A stretch of 64,000 bases of DNA. Source: an uncultured bacterium. GTDB lineage: Bacteria > Auribacterota > Erginobacteria > Erginobacterales > Erginobacteraceae. Positions 20,687 to 30,563 of the stretch are shown here, one piece after another; positions within the stretch are counted from its first letter, which is position 1, and each line of letters starts with the position of its first letter. The notes below the pieces were generated by a model. The model was given only the letters and a program-made list of their open reading frames with translations. It was not told the origin of the DNA and searched no databases. The DNA lies in contig CAWGIE010000019.1 of NCBI GenBank assembly GCA_963822585.1, positions 64,001 to 128,000 of the forward strand, written 5' to 3'. Position numbers and translations under genes: made by a program.

Positions 20687-21451
20687 TCAGATGATGCCCA
20701 GGGAGTCGGCCGGGAGCCAGCCGGACTGGCCGTCGGGGAGATGGATCTGGCGCCAGCTGCCCTTCTCGCGGACGACCGTCACCTCGGTCCCTTCGTGAAG
20801 CTCGAAGGCGGCCGCGTCGGTCTCCGCGGGGCCGTAACGGACGGAGACCGCCGGGTCGAGGATGATCGCCCGGGGGGTGGCATAGAAGGAATACGCGAGC
20901 AGGCTGAGAACGATGGCGGCCGCCAGGCAGGGAATCAGGACCTTGAGCACCGGGGCGGCCGCTTTCTTAAGCGGCCTGATCAGCAGGACCAGCAGCAGCC
21001 AGAGAGCGGTCACAAAATAAAGAACCGCGCTCAGACCGATCCAGAAGCCGAGCGGGAACTGGAGGATGACCGCCCGGCGCGCCCGTGCCCAGAGTGAAAG
21101 GGGGAGAGCGGCGATATCATCCCGGAGGCTCTCGCGAGCGTACTCGAGGTTCTTATTGATCTCGGGGTCCTGCGGGGCGAGGTTCCAGGCTTTCCGGTAG
21201 TTGAGGATCGCCCGCCCCAGTTCGTTATTCTTGAAGAAAGCGTTGGCCAGGTTGTAATAGAGCGGGGCGCTCTCCCATCCCTCGGCCAGGACCCGGTTGT
21301 ATTCCCCAATCGCCTCCGGGTATTTCCCCTGGGTATAGAGGGCATTGGCCTGGCGGAAGAGGGAGGGAATCTCTCCCTCGGGCACCTCGCTCCTGGCCCC
21401 GGAGACAAGACTTAAAAACAGCACTATCGTTATTAAACACACTTTCTTCAT
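20687..21451 (-). CDS. batE: BatE-like TPR + SH3 protein
   Basis: TPRs, two TMs, FELHEGT..GQSGW; position in Bat cluster. Confidence 0.85.
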   Translation of the reverse strand: MKKVCLITIVLFLSLVSGARSEVPEGEIPSLFRQANALYTQGKYPEAIGEYNRVLAEGWESAPLYYNLANAFFKNNELGRAILNYRKAWNLAPQDPEINKNLEYARESLRDDIAALPLSLWARARRAVILQFPLGFWIGLSAVLYFVTALWLLLVLLIRPLKKAAAPVLKVLIPCLAAAIVLSLLAYSFYATPRAIILDPAVSVRYGPAETDAAAFELHEGTEVTVVREKGSWRQIHLPDGQSGWLPADSLGII

Positions 21452-23322
21452 GATTGCCTGGTTTTAATCTTATCCAGCTTTCCGATCAACCGCTCCACCC
21501 GGGCGAGGAAAGCGGTCATCTCCTTTTTCTTTCCCGCCGAACCGGAAAAACGAGCCAGATCGAATACACCGAAACAGGCTTCCGTCTCTTCGATCAGTTC
21601 CGGAGGGGCGCCGGCGCCCTGCAGGCGTTCGGCGATTACCGCCGGGGAAACGGCCCCCGACGGCAGGCAGAATTTATCGCCCAAATAGCGGTTAAACGCC
21701 CGGTGAACCTCGCCGTAAAATTTTTCATGGTCTTTCTCGCGCAGGAATGAACAGGCTTTTTTAAAGCGGCGGCGGACCAGCCGCGACGCTCCCACCCGGC
21801 GGGCGTAGGTGACGTCCGAACGCAGTTTTTCCTTTCGCGACCTCACCGTCCAGACGCCGAGCAGCATAACCAGGGCGGCGGCCGGGAAGAGCCAGAAAAG
21901 CGGGCGGCGATAATACGCCCGTCCGGACCGGAAGAGATGTCCCGGGCTGTCCTTGATATAGAGTATGTCCTTCTTCAGGATCCTGATCTGCTCCCGACCC
22001 GGCCCGCTTCCGGCCCCCTCCACCAACGGCAGCGGACCCTCCTCGGGCGCGGCTTTTACGGTGATCCGGACCGGTTTCGCCTTGATCGTGCGGTAGCTCC
22101 CGGCCTGGGGATCGAAGTAACTGAAAGCGACCGCGGGGATTTCTTTCGGTTCCACCGAGAGAGGAATGACAACCTGCTTGAATGTCTTCTCTCCTCCCAC
22201 CCTGCCGCCGATGACCCCTTTTTTAGTCCCGATCTCGGGTGCGTAGGTCTTGAACAACTTACCGACGGGGATCTGGGGCAGCGTAACCGTGTCCGGATTG
22301 CCGGTCCCGGAGACTTTCATGGTAACCGTGATCGGCTCGCCGACCCGGACGGTGTTCGGATTGGCGGAGAGTTCAAATTTATATTCTCCCACCGCCCCCT
22401 GAAAATCTTCCGGCCTCCCCTCCGGGGGCAACGGTTTGATATTCAGGGTAATCGGGTTGGAACGGAGGGCGAAGGGCTGTCTTTCCCCGAAAGCCCCGCC
22501 GAAAAAATCATCAGAGAAAAAATCATCGAAGGGGCTCATTCCCCGGGAACGGCGGGGAACGATGATATTGCCTTTCAGCTCCGCCGACCCGATCGTTACC
22601 TCTCCCGAGCTGATGGGGAAGATGGCCTTCGGCAGTTCCACCACCTCGTACTGGAGCCCATTCAGAACTCGGCGGAAGTTTTTCTGATCGCCCAGGTTTT
22701 CCTCCGTGAACCCGATCGTGGGTGGGGGTGAATAGTCCAGATTGGCGATCCGCAGGCCGCGGGAATACAGGCTGAAGGTCAGCGTTATCTGTTCGTTGAC
22801 ATACGCTTCCTTCTTATCCACCGTCGTCTGGATGAAAAGAGGTTGATCGGAGGCGGCCGGCGGCGTTTTTTCCTCCGGCCCGGTGACAACGGGGGTGGTC
22901 ACGGGCCCCGGCGCGGCCGGTGACGTTACCGGGGGGACCGCACCCTCGACGACCGTGACCTTGATCGGGTGTGTGGTATAGGTCTTCCCGTTATATTCCA
23001 TCCGGGCGGAGGGGATGGTAAAGGTGCCGGGACCGAGCGGCATCAGGGTATAGTTGATACTCTTGCTGACTTTGGTCTGGTTGTTGATCAGGGAAAACTG
23101 GGTGCTGGCCGAACTACTCAGAATCTCGAAGCCGGGGATAGCGGGGAGCACCGGCTGTCCGTCCCGGGCCCCCTCGATGGACAGTGTGTAGGCAATCCGG
23201 TCCTCCCGGGAGATGATATTCTTATCAACCGTGGCCTGGAATGATACATCCTCCGCATAGACCCATCCTGTCAAGATGCAGACTGTTAGAAAAGTTATTA
23301 GAGTTGTCTTATACGGTTGCAT
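21448..23322 (-). CDS. batD: BatD-like protein
   Basis: Signal peptide, ATVDK, YVNEQ, GAVG.Y, FSYFDP. Confidence 0.88.
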   Translation of the reverse strand: MQPYKTTLITFLTVCILTGWVYAEDVSFQATVDKNIISREDRIAYTLSIEGARDGQPVLPAIPGFEILSSSASTQFSLINNQTKVSKSINYTLMPLGPGTFTIPSARMEYNGKTYTTHPIKVTVVEGAVPPVTSPAAPGPVTTPVVTGPEEKTPPAASDQPLFIQTTVDKKEAYVNEQITLTFSLYSRGLRIANLDYSPPPTIGFTEENLGDQKNFRRVLNGLQYEVVELPKAIFPISSGEVTIGSAELKGNIIVPRRSRGMSPFDDFFSDDFFGGAFGERQPFALRSNPITLNIKPLPPEGRPEDFQGAVGEYKFELSANPNTVRVGEPITVTMKVSGTGNPDTVTLPQIPVGKLFKTYAPEIGTKKGVIGGRVGGEKTFKQVVIPLSVEPKEIPAVAFSYFDPQAGSYRTIKAKPVRITVKAAPEEGPLPLVEGAGSGPGREQIRILKKDILYIKDSPGHLFRSGRAYYRRPLFWLFPAAALVMLLGVWTVRSRKEKLRSDVTYARRVGASRLVRRRFKKACSFLREKDHEKFYGEVHRAFNRYLGDKFCLPSGAVSPAVIAERLQGAGAPPELIEETEACFGVFDLARFSGSAGKKKEMTAFLARVERLIGKLDKIKTRQS

Positions 23323-23330
23323 CTGGCATA

Positions 23331-23422
23331 TCAGTAATCAGTAATCAGTAATCGGTAATCAGTGATCGGTAAACCGGGCTAAGCCACGGCCACTGATTAC
23401 TGCTTATTGATCACCGATCACC
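23331..23422. repeat. Inverted tandem-heptamer cassette
   Basis: (CAGTAAT)n...(GATYAC)n, same family as 121-201. Confidence 0.85.
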
Positions 23423-24197
23423 AGTCTTTTTTAACCTCCGGCGTCTCCCCCTGCCGGTTCTCCATTATCTCCGCCCGCTGGTCTTGCTCGTCGGAGAGCA
23501 TGGCGTTAAGCAGCCGCTTCACGTCTTCCTGGTTCATCTTCTGCTGCTCCGGCTGGGCCGGGGGCTGCTTCTGCTCCTTCTGCTCCTGCGGGGGTGGCGT
23601 CTGCTCTTTGGAGGTGCCTTTCTTCTCTTCCTGCTTCTGTTCCTTGTTTTCTTTCTCCTTCCGTTTTTCTTCGTTTTTTTCCTTCTGATCCTCCTGCTCC
23701 TTTTTCTCCTTTTCCTTCTCCTTCTCCTTTTGCTGTTGCTGCTGTTGCTGCTGCTTTTGTTGCTTCTGCTCCTGGATTTTTTTCCGGGCCAGTTCGTAGT
23801 TAAACTTCGCATCCTGATCTTTCGGGTTCAACTTCAATGTCGCCTTGTAAGCGGCGGCGGCGCCCTCGAAGTTCTGCTTCCGGAAGAGGGTATTGCCGAG
23901 GTTGTAGCCGGCCCGGGCCGCCAAAGCCCGGTCCTTCGATTCGGCGATCTTCTGGAAGAACGCGCCGGCCTTTTCATAATCCTTCTTCTCGTACTGGGCG
24001 TCGCCGATATTGTAATAGATTTCCGGTGATTCCGGCAACTCCAACTGAGCTTCGCTGTACTTGGCCAGGGCCTGATCGTACTTCCCTTCCGTGAAGAGGC
24101 GATTCCCTTCTTTCACCAGCGAGACACCCGGGTTGCCGAGGGCGAGGTTGACCATCGCCAGGGCGACAACCAGGAAAGGTAGGTTCTTTATTTTCAT
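23418..24197 (-). CDS. batC: BatC-like TPR protein with Q/E/K-rich tail
   Basis: YNLGN TPRs, DAKFNYELA, terminal KDW. Confidence 0.85.
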   Translation of the reverse strand: MKIKNLPFLVVALAMVNLALGNPGVSLVKEGNRLFTEGKYDQALAKYSEAQLELPESPEIYYNIGDAQYEKKDYEKAGAFFQKIAESKDRALAARAGYNLGNTLFRKQNFEGAAAAYKATLKLNPKDQDAKFNYELARKKIQEQKQQKQQQQQQQQKEKEKEKEKKEQEDQKEKNEEKRKEKENKEQKQEEKKGTSKEQTPPPQEQKEQKQPPAQPEQQKMNQEDVKRLLNAMLSDEQDQRAEIMENRQGETPEVKKDW

Positions 24198-24245
24198 GTT
24201 GCTTACCACGGCCCCGTTTTCCCGGGATAGGACCGATCCGACCGA

Positions 24246-25370
24246 TCAGACGGATCCGACTGATTTTTCCCGGCCGCGGACTTCATTTGTAGCTCTTCCG
24301 GGCTTTTCGTTCGATGTTCGACGTTGAACGTTCGACGTTGAACGTTCATTTTTTAGAAACCACCTTTTCAGCCAGGTCCCCTTCCGCTCGCCCATGACCG
24401 ACTCCAGCATCAGGAGCAAGAGAGCCAGGGCCAGAGGCCACTGGAAGCGGTGCTCGTAGATCTTCTTCCGGCTGCTCTCCAATTCCATCTTGTCCATTTT
24501 GGCGATCCGGTCCCGGTAGATCAAGTCCAGTTCCAGCCCGGAAGCGGTCGCCCGGTGATACGCTCCCCCGGTGATGAGAGCGATCTTCTCGAGGACGGCT
24601 TCGTCCAGCTTGCTGACCACGATATTTCCCTCCCGGTCCTTGAGGTAAGATGTCCCCCCGGGCACCGCCAGCTTGATGGGGACGCCCTCGGGGCTCCCGA
24701 TCCCGATCGTAAATATTTTTATCCCCCGCTTCTTCGCTTCTTCGGCCGCCGACTGATAATCCCCTTCCAGGTTCTCCCCGTCGGAAATGATCAGAAGCGC
24801 CTTGTGCGCGCCTTGGCCGGGCCCGAAGGCTTCGATCGCTTTCCGGATCGCCCCCGCGATGTCGGTCCCCCCCCGGGGAATGCTGGAAACGGAGAGGTCG
24901 TTGACGAACATCCGGAAGGCGCCGTAGTCGAGCGTCAGCGGACAGAGGGTGAAGGCGCTCCCCGAAAAGGCGATCACACCCACCCGGTCTCCTTTCAAAA
25001 GCTGCACCAGGTCCTCCACTTCCCGCCGGGCGCGGGCCAGGCGGGTCGGCTTGACGTCATCGGCCAGCATGCTCCGGGAGGTGTCCACCGCCACCATCAG
25101 GTCGATCCCGAGCCTTTTCACGTCTTCCCAGTGGTAGCCCCACCGGGGCTGGAGGAGAGAGAAGAGGAGAAGCGCGACGGAGCCAAGGATCAGGTACGGA
25201 CGCAGATGGTTCTTGGAATCACTTACCCCAATCCGCAGCCGCTCCCAGAGAGGGTGCTCGGCAAACTCTTCTTGCGCCCGCCGGCGGGCCAGCAGCACCC
25301 GGCGGAAAAAGAACGCCAGCGCCGGCAGCAGGAGAAAAATCCAGATCAGGTTGAGCGCGCCGAATTTCAT
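24246..25370 (-). CDS. batB: BatB-like VWA membrane protein
   Basis: DTSRSM, PTRL, PLTLD, SDGE, GIGSPEG. Confidence 0.88.
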   Translation of the reverse strand: MKFGALNLIWIFLLLPALAFFFRRVLLARRRAQEEFAEHPLWERLRIGVSDSKNHLRPYLILGSVALLLFSLLQPRWGYHWEDVKRLGIDLMVAVDTSRSMLADDVKPTRLARARREVEDLVQLLKGDRVGVIAFSGSAFTLCPLTLDYGAFRMFVNDLSVSSIPRGGTDIAGAIRKAIEAFGPGQGAHKALLIISDGENLEGDYQSAAEEAKKRGIKIFTIGIGSPEGVPIKLAVPGGTSYLKDREGNIVVSKLDEAVLEKIALITGGAYHRATASGLELDLIYRDRIAKMDKMELESSRKKIYEHRFQWPLALALLLLMLESVMGERKGTWLKRWFLKNERSTSNVQRRTSNEKPGRATNEVRGREKSVGSV

Positions 25371-26374
25371 GGCAGCCTCCGGAAAAGGGTATTGCCGAGG
25401 ATGACGCTCGCCAGGAGAGCGAGCAGTCCCAGGGTAATAAAATAGGGGAAGAGTTCGTTATATTCGGTATAGATAATTTCCTCCCCGGTAGTCTTCTCCA
25501 TCTTGTCGATGGTTGAGAATATTTTCTCCAGCGTCCTGGTGTTTGAAGCCCGGAAGTATTCACCGCCGGTGGTCCTGGCTATCTCCTGAAGGCTGGCGTC
25601 GTTCAGCGGGATAACCACCGATTGGTAGATGAACTGGCCCGTCCGGGGATCCCGGGCAACCGGGTAGGGGACCGGCTCGTTGCTCCCGATCCCGACCGTG
25701 TAGATCTTGATCTTCAGACTTTCGGCCATCTGAGCCGCGGTCTGGGGGTCGATCTTCCCGGTGTTGTTCTCGCCGTCGGTCAGAAGGATAATGATCTTGC
25801 TCTTGGCTTTGGATTCCCGGAGACGGTTGAGGCCGGTCGCGATCGCGTCTCCGATCGCGGTCCCGTCCTTCACCATGCCGATCTGTGTTTTATCCAAGAG
25901 TTCCATGAGCACGCCGTAATCGACGGTCAGGGGGCATTGGGTATAGGCCTGGGAGGCGAAGACAATCAAGCCGATCCGGTCGCCGTCCCGTTCCCGGATG
26001 AAGTTGTCGATCACCTGTTTGGCCACGTCCAGACGGTTATATCGTTTTCCGCTCCAGGTGAAGTCTTCAGCCCGCATGCTGGTGGACGTGTCCACGGTGA
26101 GCATGATGTCGATCCCTTCCGTGGTGATCCGCGTCTCCTGGATGCCTTTCTGCGGGCGGGCCAGGGCAACGACCAGGAAGAAGATCGCCAGGCAGCGGAG
26201 GGCGGCTGGGATGTGCCGGAAGTACATGCCCGGGGCGGGGCGGACTTCCTTCGCAATCCGGATCGTGCTGAAGCGGACCGCCACCCCCTTCCGCTGCCTC
26301 CAGTAGAAAAAGAGATGGAGCGGAATGAGCAGGAGGAGGAATAGTAAGTTTGGGTTGTGAAATGTAAAAGCCAT
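25367..26374 (-). CDS. batA: BatA-like VWA membrane protein
   Basis: ALARPQ, DTSTSM, GTAIGD, LLTDGENN, GGEYFRA. Confidence 0.9.
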   Translation of the reverse strand: MAFTFHNPNLLFLLLLIPLHLFFYWRQRKGVAVRFSTIRIAKEVRPAPGMYFRHIPAALRCLAIFFLVVALARPQKGIQETRITTEGIDIMLTVDTSTSMRAEDFTWSGKRYNRLDVAKQVIDNFIRERDGDRIGLIVFASQAYTQCPLTVDYGVLMELLDKTQIGMVKDGTAIGDAIATGLNRLRESKAKSKIIILLTDGENNTGKIDPQTAAQMAESLKIKIYTVGIGSNEPVPYPVARDPRTGQFIYQSVVIPLNDASLQEIARTTGGEYFRASNTRTLEKIFSTIDKMEKTTGEEIIYTEYNELFPYFITLGLLALLASVILGNTLFRRLP

Positions 26375-26527
26375 CTTTGACCTTTCAATAAATCAATGTC
26401 GAAATCCGCCCGGAAAAACCGGGGCTAACGCCCGTCCTATTGATTACCCCTTCAACAAACTCAGGGCAAGCTGCCCCTTCGGGGTTTTTCGTTGGACGTT
26501 GAAAGTTGGACGTTGAACGTTCGACGT

Positions 26528-27460
26528 TCATCCCTTTTCCTCTTCTTTGGTCTCATCCACCAGTTTGACGGCGGCGTTATATACTCCGTCGATCTCCTTT
26601 TCCGTCGGACCGTAGCGGGCGAACTTAACCAGGTCGCACTCCCCCAGGAATGCTCCGACCAGGTCCTGCTGGGGCACGGTGAGAAAATCGGTGGAGGCCA
26701 TGTCATGGAGGAACTCCTCGGTGGTCCGTTCCGGCGCTTTCAAACCGAAGCGGTTCTCGAGATAGCGGCGGACCGCGTCCGAGACCCCGGTGTAATATTC
26801 CTTGATCAGCCCCCGGGCGGGCAGGTTTTCCCTTTTAATCCGGTCGAGCTCTTCGTAGGCGAGCTCGTGGGGCGCGCGGGGCGTCGGCACCGGGACGGCC
26901 TTCGGCTTCCGCCGGAAAACTTTTTTGATTAAAATAAATACCAGGGCGGCCAGAACCAGAATGCCGCCGATCAGGTAGAGTAGCCACCGGTAGGAGACCG
27001 GGAGCCCAACGGGAGGTTTGAGTCCCCGGATGTCCGCTTTCTCCGGGGAAGCATCAAGCACGCTCCGGACGGTTATCTTCAGCGGGGCGCTCTCCAACCG
27101 CTCTTCTTCTCCGCCGGGAGACCGGACGGCGACGGCGGCGCCGGGGAGGGAGAACTCTCCGGTTTCAAACCCCTGGAGAAAAAACCATTTATTCCAAACC
27201 CGCTCTCCGCCCTTTTCAGCCGTTTCCTCGCCGCTCTTCCCGATCTCGAAATCGCCGATTTTCCCCTCGCTGTACGCGGAGAAGGACACCTCCGCCGCCG
27301 GAGGGGCGGTCACGCGCAGGGTGTAGCGGATCTGATCGCCGATGGTCACCGTGTCCCGGTCGAGCGAACTCTCCAGACGAGGAATTTCCTCAGCCCGTGC
27401 TATTACTGGCCCGAACCAGAAAACTATTAATAGTGTTAAAATAAAGGTCTTCCGATACAT
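26528..27460 (-). CDS. Conserved membrane protein of Bat clusters
   Basis: IGD, DIR, TM, RRYLE.RF, ERTT.E, DLVKFA. Confidence 0.8.
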   Translation of the reverse strand: MYRKTFILTLLIVFWFGPVIARAEEIPRLESSLDRDTVTIGDQIRYTLRVTAPPAAEVSFSAYSEGKIGDFEIGKSGEETAEKGGERVWNKWFFLQGFETGEFSLPGAAVAVRSPGGEEERLESAPLKITVRSVLDASPEKADIRGLKPPVGLPVSYRWLLYLIGGILVLAALVFILIKKVFRRKPKAVPVPTPRAPHELAYEELDRIKRENLPARGLIKEYYTGVSDAVRRYLENRFGLKAPERTTEEFLHDMASTDFLTVPQQDLVGAFLGECDLVKFARYGPTEKEIDGVYNAAVKLVDETKEEEKG

Positions 27461-27584
27461 ACATTTATATTTCCGATAACCGGTGAACGGTTGTCCCGGT
27501 TACACCGGGAAAATGTTGAACGGTGTACGGTTACGTTCGGCTCGCCCCCGCAACCGATTCCAGCCGCCCAACCTTTCAAACCTT

Positions 27585-28463
27585 TTACCTCATTCTTTTC
27601 TCTCGTTGCCGGAAGAAGCGCATCAGGGCCGGCACATAGGGGGCGGCGGTGCTCACCCGGACACAGTCGACGTCGGTGGAACGGAAGAGCTTCAGAATCC
27701 CCTCTTCCTCATCCCGGTTCCGGGACCGGTAGTTTTCCCTGACCGATTTATCCCGGGTGTCGATTAAAATCTCCTCCCCGCTCTCCGCGTCGCGGAGACG
27801 GATCAGTCCGACCGGGGGAAGTTCCTTCTCCCGGGGATCGCTGATCATGATCGAGATCATGTCATGACGCTTGTTGGCGATCTTCAGGGCTTTCTCGTAT
27901 CCGGAAGAACGGAAGTCGGAGACCAGGAAAGAGACCGTCTTGCGGCGGGTAACCCGGTTCAGGAAGCTCAGGGCCAGTTCGATGTCGGTGCCTTTCCCCT
28001 CCGGCTGATAATAGAGGAGTTCCCTGATCACGCGCAGAACATGGCGGCTCCCCTTGCCCGGCGGAACGAACTTTTCGATCCGGTCGGTGAAGATGATCAG
28101 GCCGACCTTGTCCTTGTTCCGGATCGCGGAGAAGGCGAGGACGGCGCAGAGTTCCGCCGCCAGCTCGCTCTTGAACTGTCCCCGCGTACCGAAGCGGCTG
28201 GACGCGCTGGCGTCCACCAGGAGCATGACGGTCAGCTCCCTCTCCTCCACGAACTTCTTGACGAAGGGGCGTCCATAGCGGGCGGTGACGTTCCAGTCGA
28301 TATCCCGGACCTCATCCCCGGGCTGGTATTCCCGGACCTCGTCGAACTCCATCCCCCGTCCCTTGAAAACGCTCTGGTACTCCCCGGAGAAGACGTCGCT
28401 GACCATCCGGTTGGTGCGGATCTGAATCCGCTGGATCTTCTTGATGATTTCTTTCGGCAGCAT
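27585..28463 (-). CDS. DUF58 (VWA-like) protein
   Basis: GMEFDEVREYQPGD, IDWNVTAR, EEREL. Confidence 0.93.
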   Translation of the reverse strand: MLPKEIIKKIQRIQIRTNRMVSDVFSGEYQSVFKGRGMEFDEVREYQPGDEVRDIDWNVTARYGRPFVKKFVEERELTVMLLVDASASSRFGTRGQFKSELAAELCAVLAFSAIRNKDKVGLIIFTDRIEKFVPPGKGSRHVLRVIRELLYYQPEGKGTDIELALSFLNRVTRRKTVSFLVSDFRSSGYEKALKIANKRHDMISIMISDPREKELPPVGLIRLRDAESGEEILIDTRDKSVRENYRSRNRDEEEGILKLFRSTDVDCVRVSTAAPYVPALMRFFRQREKRMR

Positions 28464-28486
28464 TTAATTTTTTCCTCCGGAAAAAA

Positions 28487-29476
28487 TTAAGGCACTTCAA
28501 TCTGATCGAAGATGGTCTGGATCAGGTCCTCGGAAGTAAGGTCCTCCGCTTCCGCCTCGTAGTTCACGATCACCCGGTGGCGAAGAACGTCCTTGCCGAC
28601 CGTCTTCACGTCCTGGGGGGTTACGTATCCCCTCCCCTTGATGAAGGCGTAGGCCTTGGAAGCGACCGTCAGGTAGATGGTGGCTCGGGGGGATGCCCCG
28701 TACAGGATGTAATCCCCGATCTTCAGACCGTACTGGTCGGGCTCCCGGGTGGCGAAGACGAGATCGAGGATGTAGTCCTTGACCTTTTCGTCGATATAGA
28801 TCTGGTCGACTACCGAGCGGGCTTTCATGATCTCCTCCGGATTGACCACCGGCTGAACAGTGAGTTCATACCCGGTCACCGCCATCCGGTCCATGATCGT
28901 CTTCTCTTCCTTCTTGTTGGGATAATCCAGGACCACCTTGAGCATGAACCGGTCAACCTGGGCTTCCGGGAGCGGATAGGTGCCTTCCTGCTCGATCGGG
29001 TTTTGGGTGGCCAGGACCATGAAAGGTTCCGGCACCGGGAAACTCTCCTTGCCGATGGTCACCTGATGCTCCTGCATCGCTTCCAGGAGCGCCGACTGGA
29101 CCTTGGCCGGGGCCCGGTTGATCTCGTCGGCCAGGATGATATTGGCGAAGATCGGCCCTTTCTTGGTGCTGAAATCACCGGTCTTGGGGTTGTAGACCAG
29201 GGTGCCGAGCAGGTCCGCCGGCAGCAGGTCGGGGGTAAACTGGATCCGCTGGTAGGTTGTGTCGATCGTTCGGGCGAGCACCCGGACTGAAAGGCTCTTG
29301 GCCAGACCGGGTACCCCTTCGATCAGGATGTGACCGTTGGCCAGAATCCCCAGCAAAAGACGATCGATCAGGTAAGACTGGCCGACGATCACCTTGCCGA
29401 TCTCCGACCGGATCTTATCGATAAATTCGCTGGCACTCTTGACTCTCTCGTTGATCTCCTGGATGTCGATAGGCAT
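28487..29476 (-). CDS. moxR: MoxR-family AAA+ ATPase
   Basis: GVPGLAK, RIQFTPDLLP, ADEINRA, ATQNP, DRF, GASPR. Confidence 0.96.
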   Translation of the reverse strand: MPIDIQEINERVKSASEFIDKIRSEIGKVIVGQSYLIDRLLLGILANGHILIEGVPGLAKSLSVRVLARTIDTTYQRIQFTPDLLPADLLGTLVYNPKTGDFSTKKGPIFANIILADEINRAPAKVQSALLEAMQEHQVTIGKESFPVPEPFMVLATQNPIEQEGTYPLPEAQVDRFMLKVVLDYPNKKEEKTIMDRMAVTGYELTVQPVVNPEEIMKARSVVDQIYIDEKVKDYILDLVFATREPDQYGLKIGDYILYGASPRATIYLTVASKAYAFIKGRGYVTPQDVKTVGKDVLRHRVIVNYEAEAEDLTSEDLIQTIFDQIEVP

Positions 29477-29535
29477 GGCAAATCTCCTTCTAAATACCAT
29501 GTTTTTATGTTTGATATTGCCTCATGAATGGCTAA

Positions 29536-29620
29536 ATGGAGTGATGGAGTACTGGAGTATTGGAGTGTTGGAAAATCAGCCAGCCCATTACTCCACCACT
29601 CCAACACTCCATTACTCCAT
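29536..29620. repeat. Inverted octamer cassette
   Basis: (TGGAGTRN)n...(NYACTCCA)n; same family at 40278 and 48635. Confidence 0.85.
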
Positions 29621-29637
29621 GTTGTCTTGGTTTATTT

Positions 29638-30558
29638 CTATTTTGTATTTCTAGCTTCTACTTTTTGAGATTCTATAAAGGTGTACACCCGCTTCAGGAT
29701 ATCGTCCAGCTCCCGGCTTTCCGCCTGCCTGCTTCCGAACCGGCTTTCTTCCAGCATCTTCAGGATCCGGGCCAGCTCCGCCCCCGACTCTCCGGAAAGT
29801 TCCGGGGATCGGGCCCCTCCCAGGACTTCATTCCAGGTGTCCGGCGAGATGGTAATGGTATATTTCTTCTCCAGGTAATCGGCCAGAATCTTCCAGATCC
29901 GTTCCAGATACCCTTCGATATCTCCCCGGATCTTGAACTTCCTGACCCCGTCCAGTTCCTGCAGACTTTCCGTTTCCAGGTTTTTGACGTAATCGGCGAT
30001 AACTTCGTTCGACTGTTTTTTATATCGCCGTATGGTCCACCTCACGTAGACCGTTATCACCAAAACCAGCGCCAGGGCTCCCATGATGAAAAGCAGGGAT
30101 TTCAGGGAAACCGGGCCCGGGGCGCCGGAGGCGATCTCGATTTCCATCGGCTCGGTGGTAAGGGGATGGTCCTCATTCTCATCCCGGCGGCGGTAAAGGA
30201 GACGGACCGGCCCTATCCGGCCGGGACCCGCGCTCTCGCCCTTCAGCGAGAAAAGAAACTCCCGGACCTGGTGCTCTTCCCCGTCCTTCCGGTAAACAAT
30301 GCTTCTTTGTGTCGTGCCGGTGACCGTCACCCCCCGGCACTCGGGGGATACGGGAGTGGAAAAGGTGAACTCGGAAGGGGGCCCCGTCCAGGCGGCCGTG
30401 ACCGTGAAGAGAGCTTCCTCGCCGAGCACGACCCGGACGGGAGAGATCCCGGTCGAGATCTGGGGTATGGGCAGGGCGAAAGCGCCCGGAAGGCCGGGAA
30501 AGAAAAAGAGCCCGCCGACCCCCAGGCTCAAGGCAAATACCGGCAACCTGATCCTCAT
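29638..30558 (-). CDS. BatD-like exported single-TM protein
   Basis: Signal peptide, beta-rich domain, TM, YLEKKY..RFG tail. Confidence 0.6.
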   Translation of the reverse strand: MRIRLPVFALSLGVGGLFFFPGLPGAFALPIPQISTGISPVRVVLGEEALFTVTAAWTGPPSEFTFSTPVSPECRGVTVTGTTQRSIVYRKDGEEHQVREFLFSLKGESAGPGRIGPVRLLYRRRDENEDHPLTTEPMEIEIASGAPGPVSLKSLLFIMGALALVLVITVYVRWTIRRYKKQSNEVIADYVKNLETESLQELDGVRKFKIRGDIEGYLERIWKILADYLEKKYTITISPDTWNEVLGGARSPELSGESGAELARILKMLEESRFGSRQAESRELDDILKRVYTFIESQKVEARNTK

Positions 30559-30563
30559 TCCGA

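Noticed and set aside
23530..23775. Poly-Q/EK low-complexity tract as a contingency locus
   Set aside because: Typical of BatC-like tails and encoded by mixed codons
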